The notes beneath the pieces were generated by a model, which saw only the letters and a program-made list of their open reading frames with translations, was not told the DNA's origin and made no database searches. The position numbers were made by a program, and so were the translations under genes. From an uncultured Myxococcales bacterium (GTDB taxonomy: Bacteria; Desulfobacterota; Binatia; UBA1149; SPBQ01), in contig CAYZHO010000002.1 of assembly GCA_964478045.1 (NCBI GenBank), positions 1 through 63,346 on the forward strand: DNA of 63,346 nucleotides, in the 5' to 3' direction. Below are positions 52,924-62,300 of the stretch, piece after piece (positions within the stretch are counted from its first letter, which is position 1; each line of letters starts with the position of its first letter).

Positions 52924-54289
52924 CTGGCCCGGTCGCAGCCGCTTGCGCACTCGGGGCTGCGGCCGACAAAGCCGCCCGGGAGAGGCGGCCAAGCTCGCGA
53001 GCCAGCACAGCCCAAGCCCGCAACCGCTCCAGGCGAGCGTCCGCTACCGCCAAGCTCGCTTGTCGGTAGCGCACCTGAGCATCGAGGACCTCGCCCAGAC
53101 TTGCCCGTGCGGCCTGCAGTCGTAGCTCGCTCAGCTCGAGTCGCCGCCGCGCGTTGGCAGCCACCCGCTGTGCCAGCCTCTCGCCTTCTACCCGCGCCCG
53201 CAGGTGCGCGGCTTCTTCTTCGACCCGCCGGCGCTTGCGGTCAAGCGCTAGCTTGTACTCGATGCGAGCCATCTGCTCGCCATTGCTCGCGGCGCCGGCG
53301 GCCTCCCGGCTTCTCAATCCGTCGAACAGTGGGACCCGCACGTCGAGGCCGATCATCCACTCGTCGGGGAAATTGTCGTAGCGGTTGGTGCCATAGTTGG
53401 CGTACCCCGCCCGCACCCCAACGGTCGGCCAGCGCCCGGCCTTGGCCGCCTCGACGCGCAACCGCTCGACCTGCCTGCGCACGTCAAGCGCGGCGATCTC
53501 GGGGGTCTCCTCGAGCGCAGCCTCGAGATCATCGGGCAATGGCAGCACCACCGGCGGTGGAAGGCTGGCCGGCAGCACCCTTACCTCAGCGCCGCTCAAT
53601 CCGACGGCCTCTGCCAACGCACGGGCCGAGGACTGCTCGAGAGCCGCCAGCTCTTCCAACTCGATGCGAACCCGTTCGAGCTCGATGGCAACCGCTTCGC
53701 GCTCGAGCTCCAACGTCCGCCCGGCTTTGGCAAGCGCACTCGCCGTGGCGGCCAGCGATTGCAGCCGTTCGGCAATCTCCCCAAGAAGGCGCCGGCGCTC
53801 GCCGAGCCACAGCGTCCGGCCGTAGAGCTCCACGATCGCTTGAGCCACCGCTTCGCGCCGCTCGCGGGCTCGAAGCGCCGCTACGCGCGCTTCGAGCCTG
53901 GCGATTTCCGCGGCTTTCATCTGCGAGAGATCGAAGAGCAACTGCTCGAGGAATACGTTGAACCAACCCTCGCGCGCGCCAAGCGTAGCCAAGCCGTAGA
54001 CGCGCTCGACTCCCCGGCGATCCACAGCGCGCAGTTTTTCCGTCTGGCGGCTCGAGTAGCCGGCACCGCTCGTCACCGTAAGCTGAGGAAGCAGCGCCGC
54101 CCGAGCTTGGCCCGCCCGGTGTTCGGCCTGCTCTCGCATCAGCTCGGCCAGCCGCGCCTCGTCCCCGTTCGCCAGCGCGCACGCCACAGCCTGACCGAGT
54201 CCGAGCGGTAGGGGTTCGGCGGCCGCCGAGGCAGCCCATCCGGCGAGGCAAAACAGGACCAAGACGCTCGGTCGAAACCAAACCCGCAT
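52877..54289 (-). CDS. TolC-family outer-membrane efflux protein
   Basis: Signal peptide MRVWFRPSVLVLFCLAGWAASAAA. Duplicated helical-repeat architecture with typical LGLGQAVACALAN, LLPQLTVTSGAGYS and PTVGVRAGYANYG segments. Confidence 0.8.
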   Translation of the reverse strand: MRVWFRPSVLVLFCLAGWAASAAAEPLPLGLGQAVACALANGDEARLAELMREQAEHRAGQARAALLPQLTVTSGAGYSSRQTEKLRAVDRRGVERVYGLATLGAREGWFNVFLEQLLFDLSQMKAAEIARLEARVAALRARERREAVAQAIVELYGRTLWLGERRRLLGEIAERLQSLAATASALAKAGRTLELEREAVAIELERVRIELEELAALEQSSARALAEAVGLSGAEVRVLPASLPPPVVLPLPDDLEAALEETPEIAALDVRRQVERLRVEAAKAGRWPTVGVRAGYANYGTNRYDNFPDEWMIGLDVRVPLFDGLRSREAAGAASNGEQMARIEYKLALDRKRRRVEEEAAHLRARVEGERLAQRVAANARRRLELSELRLQAARASLGEVLDAQVRYRQASLAVADARLERLRAWAVLARELGRLSRAALSAAAPSAQAAATGPDGGRCRCSCRGRATD

Positions 54290-54355
54290 CGAAATGCCGG
54301 CCTCAAGGCCGAACCCAAAAAGTGTATCGCGGGCCAGACCGAAGCGCGACCCGGG

Positions 54356-54892
54356 CTAGCGGCGATCGGCCGTCCACGTGCGGTCGCGCACGTTGATTTC
54401 GTAACCCGGGAACGCCATCGCCAACTCGTCGCGCAGCTCGCGGCCGAACTGCCGTATGAACTCGGGAGGGCGGGGGCGCCCCAAGTCGTCGATCGCGACC
54501 CGGAGCTCACTACCGTCGGTCTTTCGCTCGATCACGATCGCAAAGGTGAGCCCTTCGATCCCGCCGAACTGCGAACCGCGAGGAAAGTAGCCCAACGTCC
54601 GCCGGATCCATGAAGCGCTCGGCTTGGCGTAACCGGCGAGCTCGAGTGCCGGCGTCGATACCATGCCGAAGCGGCGGGCCACCCGGTCGGCTACCATGAC
54701 AACGCGATCGACGTCCTCGTCGGTCAGGCGAACACTTCCAAGCTCGCCTCGGCCAGCCGCTACCGGCCCGCCCGCCGGCACTACCGCAATACCCTGTGTC
54801 CTAGCGCACCCTGGGGCGGCGGCCGCGATCAGCAACGACGCAACCAGTGCTCTCGCCACCTGGCTTCCCCCCTTGCCCATCGCTTCGATCAT
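54356..54892 (-). CDS. Hypothetical lipoprotein (178 aa)
   Basis: Lipobox-like LIAAAAPGC. No recognisable domain. Lies between the RHS region and the pump operon. Confidence 0.5.
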   Translation of the reverse strand: MIEAMGKGGSQVARALVASLLIAAAAPGCARTQGIAVVPAGGPVAAGRGELGSVRLTDEDVDRVVMVADRVARRFGMVSTPALELAGYAKPSASWIRRTLGYFPRGSQFGGIEGLTFAIVIERKTDGSELRVAIDDLGRPRPPEFIRQFGRELRDELAMAFPGYEINVRDRTWTADRR

Positions 54893-54958
54893 GCCGGGAG
54901 GTCGTCGATGGTGCCACTGGCAGGGAGGCGAAAAAGCCGGGGGACGTAACGTTCGGGC

Positions 54959-56395
54959 TCAGCGCAACGGACCAAACAGCCCGAACCCGCGCTGGCGCCA
55001 CCAGGACCAGGTCCAGTTCTGTTGCTCCCAGTGGTCGCCGCGCATCCGCAGCAGCAGCGGCCCGGCGGATCCGGTAGCGGCGCCTCCGAAGACGAATGCC
55101 GTTGCCCAGCCTTCGCCGCGAGGGTCAAACCCCATGCTCCAAGGATGGTACGCACTGACGCCCGAAACTTTGGGAAGCGGATATACGCGCCACTCGCCTT
55201 CGACCAGGCGCAGGACGGGCTCGGTTCTTTCGAGCTCGGTCTGCAGCCCGATCCACGGCGTCCCGTCCGGGCTCACGGCGAGCGCTGTGATGGCTCGAAA
55301 GGCATCGTCCGGCTCCTCGATTTCCTCTTCCGGCCGTTCGGGTAGGTCATAGACGCGCCAGCCGCTTTCGCCGTCGTAGCTGTAAAGCTTCGCGAACTCT
55401 TGCGAGAAGCGAAAGATCCAGTTGGAACGCGCTTCGTGGACCACACAGTCGGCCGATACCCACACCCGCCGCTTGGTCCTATCACAGGCCGCATGGCTGA
55501 AGCGCCACCGCAGCAGGGGGTGCAGGGGTGGCCGCGGTGGGGGCAGGACCTGCCAGCGACCGGAAAGCTCGTCGTAGATGGCGGCCCACGGGTCGAAACG
55601 GTCGAGAAAGCCGTCCTCGCGTGCTTTGACCACGCGGCCGACCACTGCGATCTCGTGGTCGGAAAGCCTGCATTCGGAACGAAACTCTACCAGCCCGAGC
55701 CCCGACGGCGTCAAGTCCCGCCACTGCTCTCCGTCGTAATGGAAGGCGCGTGAGAGCCAGCGAGCCCCCTCGAGTCGCGGCCGCGGTAAGTGGGGAATGT
55801 TGGCAACCATCGGCCCCCGGTTGGTGCCAAACACGTACACGCCGCCGTCGCGGGCCGGCATCATCGCCTCGATCGTCCAGTCATCCCCACTTACGTCGGG
55901 AACCTTCGGCGGATCGACCAAACTCCAGCGGTCCTGGTACTGGCGAAGGATGTGCTTGTAGGAAAGGAAGCGGTAGCGGACGATTCGACCCTCTTCGTCC
56001 TCTACCGGAGCAAAGCCCGAATGGTCGTAGGCAATCAGCAATCCAACGCGCGGCGTGTACGTCACCTCGGAAGGCGTTTCGTAAACGCCTGGCGCCGGGC
56101 GCAGTGTTCCCAGCATGACGTGCGGTTTGCCTTCGTCGTCGATGCGTAGGATCGCCGTACCGGCAACCAACACCCCCTTTCCGGGCACGTAGGAAACCGT
56201 GCTGAGGATCATATTGACGGCCGGCCGAATCCCCGAATGGAAGAACCCCGTGTGGCCGATCCATTTGGCTGGAATTTCGTACGGCCAGGCCCAAGCGCCG
56301 GTGCTCGCTGCTTGCACGCAGCCGATCACGGCCGCCAGCGCAGCCCACCGTCTTGGTCGCCTCAGCCCCCTCGCTCTTCTCTTCACGCGCTCCAT
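54959..56395 (-). CDS. Secreted protein of unknown function, probable beta-propeller (478 aa)
   Basis: Signal-like N-terminus (RWAALAAVIGCVQAASTGAWA). Recurring blade-like units: HYDGEQWRDLTP, YDELSGRWQVLPP, YSYDGESGWRVYDLP, LVEGEWRVYPLP, MRGDHWEQQ. The start overlaps the RHS gene end by 13 nt. Confidence 0.55.
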   Translation of the reverse strand: MERVKRRARGLRRPRRWAALAAVIGCVQAASTGAWAWPYEIPAKWIGHTGFFHSGIRPAVNMILSTVSYVPGKGVLVAGTAILRIDDEGKPHVMLGTLRPAPGVYETPSEVTYTPRVGLLIAYDHSGFAPVEDEEGRIVRYRFLSYKHILRQYQDRWSLVDPPKVPDVSGDDWTIEAMMPARDGGVYVFGTNRGPMVANIPHLPRPRLEGARWLSRAFHYDGEQWRDLTPSGLGLVEFRSECRLSDHEIAVVGRVVKAREDGFLDRFDPWAAIYDELSGRWQVLPPPRPPLHPLLRWRFSHAACDRTKRRVWVSADCVVHEARSNWIFRFSQEFAKLYSYDGESGWRVYDLPERPEEEIEEPDDAFRAITALAVSPDGTPWIGLQTELERTEPVLRLVEGEWRVYPLPKVSGVSAYHPWSMGFDPRGEGWATAFVFGGAATGSAGPLLLRMRGDHWEQQNWTWSWWRQRGFGLFGPLR

Positions 56396-59300
56396 CCCAT
56401 GCCGATCTCGAGGGCTAGCTCGCGGGACAGCCGCAACTGGGCCTGCCGGAAACCGATTTCGCCCCCGAAGACCTGGTGGATGACGAGGCGAAACGGGGCG
56501 CCGAGAGGACCCGCAAAGAAACTCGTTCCTGGAACCATGTGGCCGAGGGTGAGAAAGTCCTGCAAGAAATGCTGCGCTGCTCCCATGAACGGCACGTTTC
56601 CGAGGCCGGCGACCGACTTCTCGAAAATCACGGGCAGGGGTAGCGGGCCGTAGCTGCCGTCGGCACGCGCAACCGTTCGCGCTACTTCGCGGAGATCCGC
56701 CATGTGGTCGAGCACGGTACCGAAATGGCCCTCGTTGCTGAGCGTGTAGCCAGCCCGCTCGGCAAACTTGCCGAATCCGTCCTGCTCGACGTTGTATTTG
56801 GAAAGCGCAGGCCCGAACCGCTCGTACTCGGTTCCGGCCACGCTGGCCTCGCTCATCGTCGCGTGATCAGCGCTCGTAGACACCCGCCGCAGGCCGTCCT
56901 GGCCTTCCTTTACCACCTCGCGGCTCGAGACCGCACGCTCAGCAGGCGCACTTCGGCCAGTTTTTATTACGAAGTGGTCATAAGCGTAGGACGCTCCCAG
57001 CCCCGCGGCGATCCCGATGGCCGTCAGCCAGTCGGAATCGAGACCGGCCACGGCACCCGCGCTCACCGCAGCGTGGGTAACAACGGTCGTGAAACTCGAG
57101 CGCAGGCTCACCTGCACCAAAACCCGCATTGCCTCGGCAACCGGAACGATCTGCGACAACCCCGTCGCCATCTGGTAGGCAATGTTCAGGCCGCCGAGAA
57201 GCGTGCCCAGGCCGGCACCGAGCAAGCCAGCCACGAACCCGCCTTCGAAGGCGTCGGCGAAGTCTCCACCTTCGAGCTCGGCCGCAACGCCGGAGATGAA
57301 GGCCGAAGCGGCGCCGGCGAGCAGAATGGGTACCAAGACGGCAATAAGCTCGAAGAAAAACTCTCCGTCGGGATCCTGGCCGCCGACGGGATTGCCGCCG
57401 CCGTAAAGATATGGCGATGCAAACTGGGCGCGAGGATCGGGAGTAAGAAACAGGCCGAGCTCCGGATCGTAAAAGCGCGCCCCGAAGTAGAGCAGTCCCG
57501 AGGCCTCGTCGCGCACGTGGCCGCCGAAGGCAGCCTCGGCGGTCGCTTCGCCAACCGGCCGGCCGGCTGCATCGAGCACCGCGTGCAGAGCGCCGTACGC
57601 CCCGTAGCGAAGGTGCTCGATCACCTCTCCAGCAGAATCCGAGAGCATGTGCGGCGATCCCAGTCGGTCGAGGTGGTAGTAGGCAACGAACGGGCCAGGG
57701 GCAGCCCGCAGCCAGTGCCCGCTCCCTGCCGGCGGGGCGCTGCCGCCTTTCCCCTCGGGTCCCGCGGCCCAGGCCACGAGGGCCGAACCGGGCGCCGGCG
57801 GCCGAGGCAGCGGAGTGACGAAGACCACGAAGCACACGGCCGTAACCAGTGCCACGCGACCGGATCCGGGCAGCAAAGCGGCTGCCACGAGCAAGGCCGC
57901 CAGCGCCAGCACCGCCGCCAACTCCTGCGGCCAGGTCGAGGCGTCGGCGAAGACCAGTCCCGGGCGCAGGAGGCTGGCGTTTCGGCCCGCCGGGCCTGTG
58001 GCGCCACCCGGCGGCCTTTGCTCCCGGGTGGAACCAAGGGCCAGCCGAGGTGGAGCCTGGATTCGGTCGGTCGCGACCAGGCGGGTTCCGAGGTAGTAGT
58101 GGCGGATGAGCGTATTGCCTTCGACCTCGAAGGCGCCCCCGAAGTAATAGCGAACGCTTCCCGTGCGGGCGTCGTAGCGAGCTACCCGCGTCGAACCCTC
58201 ATCGTAGAAGTTGACCTGCACCAGGCTCTCGTCGCGCAGCACGCGAACGAGGCGCCCGAGCTCGTCGTACTCGTAGCGCCACGGGCCCTTGCGGGTGCGG
58301 TTGCCGGCCTCGTCGTGCGCGATTTCCTCGGTTCCGGCCAGTATCGCCTGGTGCGGGGCGGGGCCGCCGTACAGGAACGGGGCCGTACCAAAGGCGGTGA
58401 GGTTGCCTCCGGCGTCGTACGAAAAGCGTTCGGAGGCGCCTGCTGCAGTGCGGCGCTCGACCAGCCGGCCGAGCGCGTCGTAGGCGAACGTAGCACTGCG
58501 ATCCAAAGGCGATCCCGGCGGCGCAACGCGGTCGCTCACGGCCAAAACGTTGCCGGCCGCGTCGCGCTCCGAAATCACGAGTCCGGCCAGATCGAACGCG
58601 CCGGCATCGCACGCTCCGCCGGGAGCCGAAGCTGCCGTCGTCCTCGTGCACAGGAGCCGGCCCATGCCGGCACCGCTCGCGTATTCGAACCGGTCCGACA
58701 GACCGTTGCCGTAGTCGAGGCGAACGAGATGGCCATCGATGTCTGAGGCCGTCGACTCCACGAAGACCCGCTTACCCTCGGGACCGTCGGCAACGAGTTT
58801 TGTGATCCGGCCAAAAGGCGAATACTCGGTTGTCACTACCTCGTCGACGCCGTCAACCGCTGAGGGATAGGTTCGGCTCGTGCGGCGGCCCGCACGGTCC
58901 CAAGTGTAGCGGCTCGTGTAGGTCCGGGTTCGCGCGCCTGCTTTGATGCGCAGCGTGTCTTCGACGAGACGCCCGTAGTCATCGTACGCAAAGTACTTGA
59001 CGACTTTGCTCGGGCCTTCCCCCCGGGAGCGAATGCGCCGGAGCTTACCGATGCCGGAGCCGCGCCGGTAGTAGGAGTAGACGGTCTTGACCGAACCAGC
59101 GCGCTGCCTGCGCAACCGCCCGACGCGGTCGTAGCGCATGGTGACCGTCTGGCCCCGCGGGTCGTCGATACGCACGAGAAAGCCGGCCTCGGAGTACTCG
59201 TAGTGCCACGCCCCGCGGTCGGAGGCCGTCAAATCGGTTCGGTTACCAAGCCCGTCGTAAGCGATCGACGTGACCGACGGAGCACCACCGCGCGGCTGGG

Positions 59301-62300
59301 TCCGGATCTCGATCGGGCGATCGAGCCCGTCGTAGGCAATCGTCTGCTCCTCGATGATTTCTCCCTGGCAGTCGAGCGGGTCGAGGCGTAGCGGCCGAGC
59401 CGCGCAAGTCACGATCCGCCGCACGCGCCCGAAGCCGTCGCGCACCGTCACCACCGCCTTGCCCGGGAACCTCCCGTCGGTGAGGTTGCGATAGACGACG
59501 GCTTCGACACCGGGGGCTCTCTGGTAAGCGATCGAGGCACCGTCGGGGAACAAGCGCTCGATGAGGCGCCCGTCCCCGTCGTAGACGCTTTCCTCGAGCG
59601 CCGGTGCATCGGCGATGGTCGCCACGAGGGCGTCGAGCCGCTGGTCCGGCGCCACGAAACGAGGCGCCCTGGCGATCACTTGTCCGAGCACCCCGTAGAA
59701 CACGAGGTCGTCGACGACGGTGACCCGTCCGTCCTCGGTTTCGACTTGAGTCTTGGTGGCAAGGGGGCGCCCCAATCCGTCGTGGAAGACGACGACCGGG
59801 GCCGCCCCGTAACGCTCGGTCCGGACCCAGCCTGGGTCGCCGTCGGGGGTGGCTTCGGCATAGGCGACCTCCACCTCCGGGTCGTCTCGGTCGAAGGGTG
59901 CGCTCCAGGAGCGCAGCAGGCGCCCGAGTCCGTCGTAGTCGCTGCCCGAGACCAGTCCGTTCGGCGCCTGCTTTTCCACGACGAGACCGGTTCCCACGTC
60001 GCGGACCACGTGCGTCCACTGCCCGGCCCCGTCACGGGTGGACTCGGCATACAGGTCGAGCGGGTCGAAGAAGTTGGTAGTGGTAGCCCCCGCGGCATCG
60101 CGCGTGCGCACCACGTTGCCGCCACGGTCGTACGTGTAACTCACCGCCGACCAGCGCGTGCACTGGTTCCCGTTCCACTCCATGCATTTGCGGCTCTCGG
60201 CGAGCGCTCCCGTGTGCGGGTCGTATTCGAACTCTTCCTCGGCCAGTCGAGCTTGCGGATCGCCGAGAGATCGCGTCACCACACGCGCGGGCCGGTCCAC
60301 GAGGTAAGAAAGCGGCACGCCGTCGGCTCGGTCCTCGACCTGGTAGAAGTATTCGGTCGCCGTCTCCACGGTGTCCGCCGAGGGCGAGGCGACGACTTCC
60401 CGCACGACGTTGCCGTAGTCGTCGTAGTCGTACGAGAGCGTCTTGCGCAGGTTCTCGACCGGCGCGCCGCCCTCGTACGGAACCGAACTCCGGCTGGCCA
60501 ACAAGACGGGCGGTGCCTCGGGCCAGTCGTTGCGTGTGGCCAGCAAAACCCGGCGGTATGGGCTGCACGGATCGCTCTCGTCGAACGGATCGGCCGGCAG
60601 GCAGCCGGTCGATCCAAGAACCAGCGACTCTCGGACGAGGCCGCGGCGTAGCTCGTCCTGGTGATAGCGAACCGCATTGCCGCGTCCCGCTGCATCGATC
60701 TCGATCGCTTCGGCAAAACCGGCGAACTCGCGGCGCTTCCCATCGAACTGGCCGCCGCGGTACCAGTACGCGAACGTACCTCCCGGCACCGAGCGTACGG
60801 CGTCGACCACGTCGCGCCGGGCGACAACCCAGTATGGGAGTGGAATGCGATTGCCCCCGTACGCGGAAGCCGGAAGATACGAGAGGAACGTTTCCCCACC
60901 AACTCCGTTGAGCATCCCGATCATGAGGCCCGGACGGGCCCGCTCGCTCGGTGGAGTCGGCGACTCAAAGGCCAGCGGAGAAGCCGGGTGCCGAAGAAGC
61001 CGCCAGACCGCGCCTTCTCGCTCCACGAGGTCGATCAAGCCGTCGCCGTCGGCATCGAAGAGATCCACCTCGCGGGCGGCCGGAGTTTCGTCGCTGCTGT
61101 AGCTGCGCACGAGCATCGGATACCACTCGGGCAGTTCGATCGGATACGAGAACGACGCGCCGGTGTTGACGAACAGCAGAAGGCTGTAACAGCAAAGCGG
61201 AGGGTCGATCGGAGCCTCGACCTGGCAAGAACCGACCCGGCACTGGGGAAACAGCAGGTCCTGCCCTGTACCCAGCATCTGGCTCCAGAAGCGAATGCGA
61301 TCCGGCAGTCCGTCGCCCGTTAGATCGACTAGATCCGTGGCCACCGCGGCGTATTCGTCCGTGCTCGCGTGCTCGTTGACATAGTTGTCGAGCAGCAGGA
61401 CAGCCTCCCCTTGATCGATGCGCCAAGCACTCGGCTGGGCGGCAAACCCGTAGCCGGTTCCCCAATAGACGTTCCAGTGATCGACGGAGCGCGGGGCAGG
61501 CGCGCCGAGGCGATCGACGTCCGCATCCACGTAGTCCGGCAGCCCGTCGCCGTTGAGATCGAACAGGCCGGCCAGCAGGTAGCTTCCCGTACCCGTGCTC
61601 GCCGAACGCACGATCGAAGGACCCGGCGCTTCGATCGCTGTAGGCTGCGAGGCAAAACCCGAACCGGTGTTCCAGTAGACGTCCCAATAAGGGCGGCTGC
61701 TCGAGTAGCCGCGGGCGTCGATGAGGTCCGGACGCCCGTCTCCGTCGAGGTCGGCCGTGTCGACTTTTACCGAACGCCCTTCCGCGTCTAGGTCCCGCAG
61801 CACGTTGACCGGGGCCTGCCAGTGCTGCGGTGCCTGCGCGAAGCCGCTGCCGGTGTTCTCGTAGACGCACCAGCTGCCAGCGCCGCACGTATCCGCCCGC
61901 GCGTCGACCAGATCGGGAAGGCCGTCTCCAGTGAGATCGAAGACGTTGGCGAGCAGGCGCCCGTCGCCGCTCGTCCACCGCACTAGCCGCGGCTCGGCTG
62001 GCCACGGCCAAGTAACGGGCGGGCCAAAGCCTGCCCCGGTGCCCGGGCGTATCGCGGGCGGGTCAGCGGCCGCGTCGACATAATCGGCAATGGCGTCGCC
62101 GTCGATGTCGAAGGTATCGCGGCGAACCTGCATCCCGAGGTCGCGAAACGGTCCCGGTGCCTCGAACTCGACCGCACCCGCCTCTCGCGCGGGATCGTCG
62201 TAGGCCGGCCATCCGGCCTGCACCGGAGGAGAATAGCGAAAGACCGTCGAGGGTAACGCGACGTCGTCCGGCCCATCGCCATCGAAGCCGTCGAGACTTA

